Shown one piece after another: positions 24,365-39,446 of a stretch of DNA of 64,000 nt. The stretch spans positions 62,001 to 126,000 of the forward strand of contig RBZT01000546.1 in NCBI GenBank assembly GCA_003693705.1, in the 5' to 3' direction. The position numbers and the translations under genes are program-made. This DNA is from Polymyxa betae A26-41. Lineage: Eukaryota; Protista; Endomyxa: Phytomyxea. The notes beneath the pieces were generated by a model. That model made no database searches and was not told where the DNA came from. It saw only the letters and a list, made by a program, of their open reading frames with translations. Position 1 is the first letter of the stretch; each line of letters opens with the position of its first letter.

Positions 24365-26471
24365 TTATTGAGTATATTGAGACGGGCCAAGCATTTGCTC
24401 AGGACGCACCCATTTGTCAAAGTCTTCAGCACTGCAGATTCCAAGCGACAGAGCGGCTTCTTTCAATGTCGTTCCTTCTTTGTGCGCTTTTTTCGCGGCA
24501 GCGGCGGCATCTGACGACGATTAGCCTGAAAGGCAATGAAGAGTATACCACCAATCTTACTGTCGTAACCAATATAAGGATTTAAAGCAGTTACAAGCAT
24601 AAGCGATTCGTGCAACAAAGTGTCAATACGTTGCTCGTTGGCAGCGATACCAACAACACAGTTCTTCGTGAATGAACGAGCTTGACAATGAGTCAAAACG
24701 AGATGGTTAAGCCGCAGTGTGAACTGCCTTACAAGCATCTGCTAACAGCCGAATCGATTGACAGAGGGAGTTGATCATGACTGGTTTGAACACTACAAAG
24801 ACATTCAGCGAAGAGAGACATCACAGCTAAAACAAATGGAACCGTTCAATTGGAAATGGCCATTGGATCCTGCTATGGAGATCGTGGTGTGATTGCCCAT
24901 AACTTGAGCGGCGACCATCGTTATGGCTTCACATTGAGTTGGATTCACTTTGCCCGGCATAATAGAACTTCCTGGTTCATTTTCTGGCAGAGACAGTTCA
25001 CCCAGACCGCACCTAAATCACAGGTTAAGCAAATGGCAGTCAAACGTTCTACATTGCTAACCGAGGCCCACTTCCGAGGAATCGTAGATCATTCGCAATC
25101 TTCATCAAGGAGGCCGCAAGAGTGTTGAGAGCGCCAGAGCAGAAAACGATTGCATCGTGAGCGGAGAGAGCTTCAAACTGAAAGAATTGAACATGATGAG
25201 CGCGAAAAGTAAAAGCGAACCTTATCGGGAGCAGTGACAAAAGGCAGCGATGTCAGCTTGGCGACTTCATTGACCACCATCTTATCAAACCCAACATAGG
25301 TGTTCAGTCCCTAAAGAGGCATTTCGTCATTACAGTACAGAAATGAGCCAAGGTGCGATTACTGTTCCAACAGCGGTCCCACCAATCGCCAGTTGATAGA
25401 GCTTTGGAAGTGTTTGCTGGACACGTTCAATCCCATACTCAATCTGAGTGGCAAACCTGAATGCGATCACAGATAAGATTTCAAAGTTTAATCCATTGTG
25501 TTCACAAGGTGCATTACGCGCCGAATTCGTTTCCGAGGGTCAACGGCGTAGCATCTTGAGTGTGAGTTCGTCCAATTTTGATAATGTGCTAAAAACGTAT
25601 TCAGAAATCTGGTATTGTCAAACCAATCTTAATTACAGAGAATTCTTTCGATTTTTCGCTCAGGGCCTCATGAAGGTCTTGTAAGGCAGGAAGCAGTCGT
25701 TGATTAATTTCCATACAAGCAGCGATGTGCATAACGGTTGGGAACCTAATCGACAGAATCATCGAAGAAATGTATGTTAATCCAAAATCGATTGTACGTG
25801 TCATTTGATGATTGACTTCGATTAACATGGTCGTTAGGATGGACCGGCTTCTTGGAGCCGATCTCGCCACCAAGAATCTCGATTGCTCGATTAGAAATCA
25901 CTTCATTCGCGTTCATGTTCGATTGTGTTCCAGATCCAGTTTGCCAGACTACCTATGAAAATCTTTGAGCAAATACGAATCTGGATAGCAGTTATGGGTA
26001 TACCAGAGGAAACTGATCATTCATCTTTCCTTCAATGACCTCATCTGCAGATTGGCAGATTGCATCGGCGATTTTCTCGGGCAGTCCGAAATTCTTGTTA
26101 GCGGTCGCGGCAGCTCTCTTCAGAATTCCAAATGCTCGAATAACGGGGGTTGGCATACGCTCACGAGATCCACCGATATCGAAGTTCTGCAGCGACCTGA
26201 TGCCGGCTTTCAGCTGTACTCGGCCAATTTATCTAGATGACATTACCGCTGGGTTTGTGCTCCCCAATAGACAGATGCATCGACTTCGATGTCACCGAAG
26301 GTATCCCGCTCGATCCTTTTGGCGGCGCCCTAAACACCCGCCCTGAGCACAAGACGATTCTGATACTGCTTTGAGGATACCGACAGCTGCGAACGATCGA
26401 CCGCCAGTCATGGGCGCCGAGATTAAGTATCGGGCTCTGACAGATGATCTAATGGCAATCGTTATGGACAT
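24365..26471 (-). CDS. FH: fumarate hydratase class II with a probable mitochondrial presequence (5' exon uncertain), multi-exon
   Basis: [87 protein letters not shown]. Confidence 0.95.
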
Positions 26472-26937
26472 TGAAGTTGATTCTGTATGAGGGAAGGCCG
26501 CGGCGTCATCTCTCTCAACAGCATCACCAGACTTACCACGATCTCACGATCATAACATCTCCTCAGACATATGAATTCAACCTGCCTTGTCGTAATGGTG
26601 CATCTCTCGAAAGCCTTCATTGACAGCATGAAACCCACCGAACTGCTGAACATAAAATTACAGGCTGCCTTCCAGAAAGACCAAGTTTGTCTGTTTAGAA
26701 GCGCCTTGTTCCCTGAAACTTTTGTATCATCTTGAAACACACACACAATTTCTTGTTCTATGGAGAAATCAGATTCCAGGGCGTAAGCAATGCAGCCCCC
26801 TCATGTCGTTCTTGTAAACAATGAAGTTTTGGCTCTTTAGCTGATAGCAGAGAGCTTCTCAGTTTTATTTGGCATTCAAAATCGCCGCAATTTTTGTCAC
26901 TTTTTACGGTGTATCAAGATAGGCTGAAGCGTCTGTT

Positions 26938-27283
26938 ATGGCATTGACGATCTATTCGATATTGAAAGCCGTCGTTCTCTGGACCAATGCAATCGCGGTC
27001 CTGAATGAAGCGCGATTTCTCAGGAAATGTCTGGTGTTTTGCAATCTATCCTAAAGCTCGCGGTTTAATCCGGTCTGGTGTATAGATGGCTTGGACCGCC
27101 CAGCACCTGAACATTCCGACGATTCGATCAAGAATAGGACAGTGACGCTGCTCTACAGCACCCGAGTTCTGCTACAGAGTGCGTTTAGCACTATTCCGCT
27201 CGTCTGTGCTTAATCATAGTGTTTTAGTGCCTCTAATATGCATCAATGTTCTCGTCATATTAATTGAGCTCATTCTTGGCTGA
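26938..27283 (+). CDS. YOS1: Yos1/IER3IP1-like small ER-Golgi membrane protein (3 exons, ~79 aa; absent from the ORF track)
   Basis: Spliced product MALTIYSILKAVVLWTNAIAVLNEARFLRKYG...IKNRTVTLLYSTRVLLQMPLICINVLVILIELILG matches the Yos1 pattern NAIAVLxExRFL...PLI.IN. Confidence 0.9.
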
Positions 27284-27479
27284 TCAATCGCTAAAAAATA
27301 ATCTAGTAAAGTACAGCCGGATATTGTTGGCACTATGAGACTGTTTCAAAATCTCTCGAAGTTCCTAAGTAGGTCAGTGTCCATGCGGCCTGTTGATGTC
27401 TTCAGGTCTGGTATCAACTTGGGCAACCGATCTGTAAGGGGTACCTGGATTAAGTGCTGCGAAATACTTAACCATAGCG

Positions 27480-28607
27480 ATGGCTCCGGCCGCTTCCAAA
27501 GATGGCTACCTCGTTCGAGGTGTCTGTGGCGGCCTGAGTTCAATGACAGCCGAAATCTTCACGTTCCCTATCGATACGATCAAAGTTCGTTTACAGCTGC
27601 AAAGACAGAGGCGTGCTGAAGTTTCCGTTTTTCAAATGGTCAGATCTATGATGCAGACGGAAGGGCCTTTCTGTCTATGGAAAGGTACACCAATGCCAAC
27701 ATCCTTTGATGGAATAAATTGTAAGATTAAATGTACTGTAGGGGTCAATGCTGCTTTAACGAGACAAGCTGTCTATTCATCCGCCCGAATGGCGATGTAT
27801 GAGCCGATTCGGAACGTCCTGGGCGGCTCCGATACGATGTGGAACAAGATCGTGGCAGGCGGCGTCGGCGGCTCTCTCGGCGCTGCAATCGCTAACCCGA
27901 CCGATATCATCAAAGTTCGTCGAATCGCGTGTATGAATTCCGAATGCCTGAAACCCATATCAGATCCGTTTGCAAGCTGATACCACAGGGAAGTTGTATT
28001 CGGGCGTTCTGAATGCTCTTTCTGTGATCATGAGAACGGAAGGCATCCGTGGTCTACTTCAAGGGATCGCGCCGAACACTCAAAGGGCTTTTCTTGTTAA
28101 TGCGGCTGAACTATCCACATATGATCATGCGAAACATCATTTGAAGCAGTCCGGCTACTTTCAGGAAGGTGTTTTGCTTCATGGGGTACAGTCTCTCCAA
28201 AATGTCGCTGAACGAACGTCCTAACTCTGTTAGTTGGCTTCGTTTTTTGCTGGATTCACAGCTGCCTGTGCTTCGACGCCGGCGGATGTCATCAAGACTC
28301 GCATGATGCAGCAGCCGCGTGGACCAGGAGGAGCGGTTGGGCAATCTGCACATTGGCTATCAAGATTGTTGCTGATTTTGGTGTAGGGATTATTATACAT
28401 TGGTACCATCGACTGCATCAGGAAGACAGTCCAGGAGGAAGGTGCTCGTGCCTTATATAAAGGGTTCTTCCCGACGTGGCTTCGGATTGGCCCTTGGGCA
28501 ATGATTATGGTTAGTATGATGTGGCGGCAAATTGATCGTTTGCTAAGATCCATTTATAGTTCATTTCTTTCGAGAGATTTCGCAGTGTTGCAGATGTCGT
28601 TGCATAG
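27480..28607 (+). CDS. mitochondrial carrier, uncoupling-protein/oxoglutarate-carrier group
   Basis: Three PxDxxKxR motifs (PIDTIKVR, PTDIIKVR, PADVIKTR); RQAVYSSAR, QRAFLVNAAELSTYD, KGFFPTWLRIGPW. Confidence 0.92.
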
Positions 28608-28874
28608 CATAGTCAGTTAACATTTGCAAGAATCAGGAATTCGTTTGGATGAGACTTCCCATCTGGATTGAAGATATTCTTTAAACAACTCAATAAATCG
28701 TTCAACAATCATAATCTGCTTTTCATTGCAACAAGTTCTCAAGTTCATTCCCATATCGATCGTTTTGTCGGAAAAATCCATTATCTCATTCTGTGACTAT
28801 TTCGGCTGTACAGTATGCACTTTAATCCGGAATCGTCTACCGAATAGAGAGGGATTTGCCAGGCTGCTATCAAC

Positions 28875-30058
28875 ATGTCAGTTGAGACAGAATGGTCATC
28901 GTTAATAGATCAGCGTTTTATTCGTCAAGAAGAAGCCATGAGGCAACGCTTGCTGAGCTAGCTTGATTTGCACCTGAATGCCGATTTAGAGAGCTCAACG
29001 ATAAATTGGAACTTCGGAGGAAGGAACTAGCAGAGAAGTCCGATAAAATCATCCAGAACCCAGGAGCATATATTACTGAAGTATTGAACGGATTTGTCCC
29101 ATTCTCTGCAATAAACTGAAATGAAAAGCAGGGAATAGAGACACGCCCTAGAGTGAGTTTCGGAGAAGGAGAAGGTGGCCTTGACTCCAGCGAAACCGAA
29201 GACGGATTTTCTGAAAAGCACAAAAACGAAATCGGTATCAATCTGGAAGATGACGATATGAGCCATTTAGAGCTTGAGCATCAAGTTCTTGGATTCAAGG
29301 GAATGACAAGCGACGGTAAAGAGAGATTGTTATTAGGTTCGTCAAGCCAGCGTTGTCTGGTCGTGATCCGCTAAGAATTGTATAGCAAAATTAGCGAATG
29401 CAGAGAAGGAGGTTGGACGGCTTCGGCAAGAGAAAGCTTCCAACTCCATGGATCTCGAGAATCTGAAAGCTGAACTGAAATCTGCCCAAGAACAGATAAA
29501 ATTTTTGCAGCGCCATTACAAGAACGCTGAATCGAAAGCTGAAAAGACAGAGGCAGCTTTGTCTAAGACAGAAGTCGGCTCACGTGATATGGCTATGGAA
29601 TTAAACGATGTTAAACAGAAACTGCAAATTGCCAAGAAAATCGCCAAAGATTTGGAGAAATCAAATAATGCAAAAGAAACCAAGTATTTGTTTTTAAGCT
29701 TTTTGCTACAGCTACTGATTCTATTCAGGCTTAACAGAGCGTTAGCTGAGGCAGCTCGATATAAATCCTTGATGGAGGAAAAACAAGTTTCATCAAAATC
29801 TCAAGATAGTATATGGAGGGAAGAAAAAACTGCTCTGGATACAGAAATCAACAAACTACGAAGGACAAAAACCGATCTGATGGCCATTGTGAAGAAGCAA
29901 TTTAAACTCATCGATATCCTGAAGAAACAAAAGGTGAATACCAGCTGTCCTGCAGCAGCATGCTTTCAGCTAACATCTGTTTGTAGATGCATATCGAGGC
30001 GGCAAAGCTGTTATCGTTTTCTGAAGAACAGCTTTCTAATCACATCAAACATAAATAA
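28875..30058 (+). CDS. TEX9: TEX9-like coiled-coil centriolar/ciliary protein, multi-exon
   Basis: Long coiled coil, RLNRALAE, and C-terminal [28 protein letters not shown], which is characteristic of TEX9. Confidence 0.85.
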
Positions 30059-30270
30059 TGGATTGTGCATATAGAGTTTGAAGTTAGAAACCCTAAAACC
30101 CTTGACATGGGAAATGGCCACTCATAACAGAGAGCGGCGCAGCCCGACCCTATACAATTTAAAAGGCGATATAACCGGCATGTTTATAAGTTCATTGTAA
30201 GCTTTCCGGCTTCCATTTGTATGCACGAAGCGCCTGGGGCAGATCGAACTGTACAGCGGACGGTGCCGTG

Positions 30271-31322
30271 ATGTCTCTGGGGATACGGCCGTTATCCATT
30301 GCCATGCCGTTGACAGCGTTGCTCTTGATTGCCCTTGTGTCGCTGATCTCAGCAATGTCAACCGTATGGTCGGTGATGACACCCGAATTGCATTCAGGTG
30401 TCGTTCTCTTCACCATTTTCCTCGCTTCGATGGCCGCCGCTGTGCTATTTTTTGTTCAGTCACGAGGCGTCGCCTCGCTTTTGCCATACAAACTCCAAGA
30501 TTATCTTGTTAACCTGTACTGTAATGCGTCTATATTGTGTTTACGAGCCTGACGTCCTTTGCAGGAGCCTGATGGACGCGGCTCAATCAATCTGGAGTGT
30601 AACCGGGGATGTTTTCGATGCTGCAGTGCTTGTTGGTCTTCGAATGGATCGCGATCACACCGAGCGAGCTTTAACCCGGTTGCCTCCCGCTGTTCGGAAG
30701 ACAATTACGCAGCCTGGGATCATTAATCTGCTCCCTGGTCCTGTGTCGAATTTGATTCTTCCTGATCACATTCGCAGGAAATTTCAGCGATCTCGATTAC
30801 CGATGCCTGCACACGCTGAACCAGAACCTCGAGAGCAGTTTCTCACGCCGATTATCTTAGAAGTCTCAGAGCGGAGGATACTTTCATTAAGTCGGGCGCT
30901 AATAAGCTCGTTTTTAGCTAAGAATCCATTATTGAGGCTCAGCCAGAAGCATTTCCGAGCGCTAATGTTTATATTTTCCTGTATTTCGTTCGTTCATCTA
31001 ATCCGGTCTCGCTCGTACCGCAAGATGTCTTTCAAAACCTTCCAGGTCCTGGTATTTGTGTCAGCGATGTAGGTTCACGCTTGAAAATTGAGTTAATCTC
31101 ACTGTAAAATGTCTTAGATCTGTTAATATTATGAATTTGAAGACAGCTCGTCGCCTAAATCAGGTGCAACCAGCTCGAGGGCGTATCGCCAATCGCGATC
31201 TAGCCGCAAGAGGCAATATGCAACAGACCCTTCCTTACAGGCGATTGATCATTGTTGGAACCTCAGCTATAGCTATAGGTGCTGTTTATATGAGATACCG
31301 AAAAAATAAACGCCTTTTATAG
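30271..31322 (+). CDS. uncharacterised multi-pass membrane protein (probably 3 exons)
   Basis: Consecutive ORFs joined by GT-AG introns (~30516-30565, ~31050-31117); hydrophobic segments at the N-terminus, middle and C-terminus. Confidence 0.6.
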
Positions 31323-31569
31323 CTTTGCAAGATTAGCTCTTGCTTTATTCAATATTACGTCGCTGATATCCATTCTCAATACAAATTTGTGACGAAACCG
31401 TCATACAAGAAAGTTGAGTGAAGGTGTTGATATGGGCCATCTAAGTAAGTCTGTGACGGGCTGAGCTAAGCTTGTGGAAGAATCACGATAAGCGCATTAT
31501 TAGTAAATCGATCCAGTTCCGTGTTCCAGTACTGTCGCCTTCTGCCTCTGGTCTTCCTCACCGTTCATC

Positions 31570-31842
31570 ATGGCTGATATCCGCAAGGCTGTTATAAAGA
31601 ATGCCGACATGAGCGAGGAAATGCAACTCGATGCTGTTGATTGTGGGACACGGGCCCTGGAGAAGTACAGCATTGAGAAAGACGTCGCCGCTTTCATCAA
31701 GAAGGAGTTCGATAAGAAGTACAGCCCCACCTGGCACTGCATCGTTGGAAGAAACTTTGGCTCTTATGTCACTCATGAGACAAAACATTTTATATATTTC
31801 TATCTGGGTCAAGTGGCGATCTTGCTCTTCAAGTCCGGCTAA
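31570..31842 (+). CDS. DYNLL1: dynein light chain LC8, intronless
   Basis: [70 protein letters not shown]. Confidence 0.98.
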   Translation: MADIRKAVIKNADMSEEMQLDAVDCGTRALEKYSIEKDVAAFIKKEFDKKYSPTWHCIVGRNFGSYVTHETKHFIYFYLGQVAILLFKSG

Positions 31843-31998
31843 GCTAGGTGGACTACGTTCAAAAATATCATTGCTTAATTAATCTCCCATGCTGATTTCC
31901 GATGGCGTATTACTCATACAACTCTTTTGCCATAATAAAGCTCAATGCATTTGTAAATAACTTTTTAGTTAATCACGTGTGAAACGATTCTTTAGTAA

Positions 31999-33272
31999 TC
32001 ATGGTCCAAAATGGTGAATTTCTCGAAGATATTTCAACGCTATCTGCCCCACTAGCAAATAACCACTAAAAACGAATTCGCCCAGCCTGAGTAGCATTTT
32101 TGGAATTTTGTTCATGCCGCAAATCTCGCATCCTCTGTCTGGAAACGCCTGCAATGAACATGCATACAAACTGGATAAACACCGAGGTTCACGTTGAGCC
32201 GCTCGAGAGGTACATTCGAGATCGAAACAGCAGATAACTGGATTAGGCTCTGTCACCGGAAAATAGATATCGCCTGATACTTTGTAGTTTTTCCTGACGT
32301 GATATCCAAATATGATAAGAACAATCCACCCAATCGCTAAAGAGGCGCAGAAATTCTGGAAAATGGGCACGATCATGGATCCGGATGCATCTTGTGCTAA
32401 AGGCTAAGATGACACAGTTAGAAGAAGAAACATGCCACCGAAAATCTACGAACACAGAAAAGTTTCAGATCGCGATAGATCAACCATGCATATGCAATCA
32501 TAAATATACTGATTCCATGGATTGCCGATGTCAAGTATGGCACTAACTTCGTAGTGACGACATGGGCTTTTGCTAATCGGCTCATCTGTTCAAAATCTTC
32601 GTGGTAGAGTCTAAGGCAACGTTGTAGTTGCACACATGAAAAGCCACATACAACTTACGATGATAATGAGTTGGTGCTGAAACCGGCGAATAACTCCAAT
32701 AACATCTGCATTCGCTTAGCGCAACGAAAAACGAGCAAGTTATCATTGCGGACCTGAACGAGAGCGATACCGCCAATGTATAAAATAGATTTGCTATAGT
32801 TCCATGTGTACTCAGGCAAACAAGCCGAAGAATCATAGCATTTGCTATTTGAACCCATAGCTTGGCATGTATCTTCGGGTGACCCTCCAACCATACATAA
32901 CGAATATTTTGAGGAATCGCAACTTTTGCAAACTGGGTTAGTTGAAGAAGATTGCACTTCGCAGCGAATTGTCGATGTATCGACAATGCACATGCTAGTA
33001 GATTTCAGAGTCACCATAGTGCATGGCTTCAAGTTCGCCCAATAGGTCTCCCAGCATGTGTATAATAGATACAGATATATACATGCTTTAAACAACTGGT
33101 ATACTGCCAGCCATTTGCCATTGTTCACCCAGCAATCCGTCACCTGCGGCAGTGCGTTCCGATTCACGTCGCCTTTCAGCAGCGCTTCGATGCCGGCCGG
33201 ACGTCGGGCGCGTCTCGGGCTGCCTTCCGACCTGGAATAGTCATCGCTATCGGCTCTGTGAACGAGTTGCAT
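31999..33272 (-). CDS. uncharacterised multi-pass membrane protein with a Cys-rich loop (about 3 exons)
   Basis: ORFs 32655-33272, 32418-32633 and 31999-32376 join through short GT-AG introns; about 5 hydrophobic segments. Confidence 0.7.
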
Positions 33273-33471
33273 ATGAGACGTATGGAGTGATGGGGTCGCG
33301 ATATGAAGTGCAGCAGTGGACTGATTGCAGCTGTCATCAATGTGGGGCTAGCAACAGTCATGGTGGACAAATGTTGCACTCAGATCACGTTACCACATCG
33401 ATTGGATTCTTCTGTTGAATGGAATCGATCGCGTGCCATTTTTCTTTCGTCTTCATTATGGTGACATAGCG

Positions 33472-35593
33472 ATGCCGGGAATGGATGCGGCTAGCGACGC
33501 CAGCCGGCAAATGGAACAGCTGGCAATAAGCGGGAACAAATTCGTGGATGCCGATTTTCCCACCGAGAACCTTACCTGGGGCAGCTTAAAGAAGACGAAG
33601 ATCTATTGGAAACGACCCGCTGAGTTGTGTGCTTCACCATCATTGTTTGATGACGTTATCGATGCATCTTACGTTCGGCAAGGACGTATTGGAGATTGTT
33701 TCTTTATTGCTGCTTTATCGCTAATTTGTATGTCTTCGCTAGTCACAAACAAATTCAATGACATTATACAGGTTCGGAAGGTGATGCTATACGAAAGCTA
33801 TTCGTGAATACATCAGAAATCCAAGAATCGGGCATGTATCGCTTTCAATTTTTCGAATATGGACAATGGAAATCTGTTGTTATCGACGATCAGCTACCAA
33901 CCCGAATGCTACGAAAAGCGAGTCAGCATCGATTGATACTCGGGCGAACTTCACAAGATAATACTTTCTGGGTTTCTCTTATTGAGAAAGCTTATGCAAA
34001 ATTGTATGGCTCATATGAAAGCATTCGAGGAGGGAATATTAGCGAAGCTCTTGCTGATTTAACCGGAGCTCCAGTTAACGATTACAGTCTAGATGCAGCT
34101 AATTTCAAGCCGAAACAGTTCTGGACGATGATTTTACAACAACGGGCCAACGGAGCTCTGATAGGATGTGCCATGTGCCAGAAAGATCCTACAGACCTCG
34201 ATGATGAGAATGAGGATGAAGAAGTTGATGGGGTATCGGGTATTCAGCCAAACCATGCCTATTCAGTCCAGCATGTCTTAAATACAGAATTTGATGGTGA
34301 AAAAATTATTCCAGCAAAAACAACAGTAATCTAAACCAATGAACTAGGTAAGAAGCGAAAGATAGTTTTGGTGAAGAATCCTCAGCGGGATGGCCAAAGG
34401 ACGCGTTTTTCAGGACTTTTTTCTGATCCAAGCAAATGGACTGAGCAGGCAAAGCAAGCGTTGTCGAAGATCGCCCTTTATCCCGGTTTATTCTGGATGA
34501 CATGGAAAGAATTTAGAACTCAGGTATAGGGATGCTGGCATATGCTAACGATGTTGAATGTGCTAAATGTCAGTTCAATCGGATCTACATCTGTCATTAT
34601 GAGATGTTGAAGTCGTGCCGAATAACAAGCGTTCAAGGCTCATGGGAAGACCATAGATCAGGCGGATGTACCGATTATGCCACCTGGAGAACTAATCCCG
34701 CATTCGAAGTATTTGGGGAAGTTCTGGCGATATCATTGCAGCAGCCAGACCGAAGACGATATCTAAGAGAAAGTTCTCAACAGATCTCTTATCCGATGAT
34801 CGGTTTAACTATAGTGAAGTCGGAGTGAACGAAAATTTGAATTGAACCTCTGATTTTGGCTATTACAGGCAGCCCAGCATAAACGGCAATCCATTCCTGG
34901 TCACATCGTCAAATGATATTTTGGGCCGAACCTCGTTCTGGAACAAGCGCGATGTCGCCATTGAAGTGCCCAAAGAATGGCCCAGTTCTTTCATTATCGT
35001 TCCGTCCCACCATGAGCCGAAAATAACTGGTATATCAGGATGCGATCAAAGAATGATGACACTCATCCTCTGTCTCAGGAGAGTTTGTCATGAATATCTA
35101 CTCGAAAGGCGAAGTTAGAATCTGTGAACGCCAGATAGATGCAGTAGAAACACGTTGCTCGGGACGTTGGACTGATGCAACATCTGGTGGTGGACCACTG
35201 TCATCGTCATTCTCCACGAACCCCAAATTCACACTCAACGTTTCTAGTACTGACCACGCATCAACATCGAGGACGGTTACTTTCTTTATCGGATTGCGAC
35301 AGACTGGTGTTCAGAAAGCGAATCGACACAAAATCGGGATCTGCATCCTAAAAAAAGCAGCGTATGCGTTGGAAGCATTGCAAGGATTGCATGGATCGTT
35401 GGACAAATCTTGGTTCCTAGGAAAAACGACGTTCGAGGTTCAGGAAGAAGTGAATCGGACACTGGAGATAGCATCAGACCAGCTGCCCGTATTGATAATG
35501 CCCTGTACATGGGAGAAAAATCAAGTCGCAGATTTCGATCTAATAGTCTACATGACAAAAGAGCCGACTACTCCAGTCGTTGAACCAATATAA
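33472..35593 (+). CDS. calpain-like cysteine protease (CysPc plus two domain-III/C2L domains)
   Basis: FVDADFP, WKRP, QGRIGDCFFIAA (Cys), VVIDDQLP, WVSLIEKAYAKLYGSYESIRGG, NHAYSV (His), VKNPQ (Asn); two GxW...GG...NPxF repeats. Confidence 0.93.
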
Positions 35594-36588
35594 TTCCCAC
35601 AAAACAAAGATTTTATTCCAAAAAATAGTACGTTAGGAGAATCACAATCTAAGCGAATTGTATTTGCCTCATTACTTCTTAGAGGTAATATTGTTAGTCA
35701 TCACTAGAATCAGTGGATTGACAGATATTTTTAAATCATCGGCAAATTCGCGAAGATTTACGAACCTGATCTCCAGCAACACGTGGTTGTGGAGATAAGG
35801 TTATCAAACACGATAAACTCTCAGAATCATAAAAAGCTTCTTCAACTGATCGATCAGAAACTCTAGTCTGAAAATAAAATTCGTCATTGAGTTATTGCAT
35901 CGTTGGATTAAATCTATGACAGAATAAAATCCAAGCGATGCAATGGATTGAGCTCTCAGACAGCCAAGGGAACAACTTTGAATCTTCAAAATGCAAGAGT
36001 GTTGCATTGTTCCGACAAGAAGAATGAAAGAAGGTTATCATCACCGAGCAAAGAGATTTAGACATCGTCTTGACTGAAGCAATCAAGACGATATCAGAAT
36101 GAATCCAGCTGGGAATCAAGGATCCAACCAATGCCCGAGGCCGGGATTATCCGCTACGGCGTCCGTGACGGAGCTCTGCCAATGCCGACTTAAATATTAT
36201 TAGGGGAGCGATTTTATATAATGAATGTCGTCTTACTCATGATAATTTCTTTGGAACATTACATAAATTAGAGTGCATCAGTATGATTCAAGCAGAGCTG
36301 TTATATCCTAAATCCATCGTTCAAAATTGTACCTGGTCTAGTAGAGTTGATCTGGCGATTTGTTACATCCCTGATTAAAAAACAGCAATTTTTTTTAAAG
36401 GTTTCAATTTTATTAGACCGGCGGCATGTCAGGTTGGGGGAATTTCGTCGCTTTTTTGGCTAGAGGCAGCATGTCGAGAAAATGACCAAGTCGCACACAC
36501 TGTTTAATTTTTCAGAACGCAAGAATTCAGATTTCAGATGGTATGTAATAATCGATAACAGAGATTATTAGAATGTTTACTGACACAA

Positions 36589-39446
<2,858 letters not shown>

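Noticed and set aside
26325-26385. U12-type intron in fumarase (GTATCCT donor-like sequence)
   Set aside because: No TCCTTAAC branch site, and this donor gives no in-frame AG acceptor. Nearby ordinary GT donors restore the frame.
30085-30215. Telomerase RNA with template AAACCCTAAAACCCT
   Set aside because: The intergenic space is only ~200 bp, with no Pol III terminator or pseudoknot evident. A telo-box-like motif is the simpler explanation.
35800-36135. Short ORFs between calpain and MCM5
   Set aside because: No motifs and stops in the plausible plus-strand frame; cannot be supported as a gene or an element.
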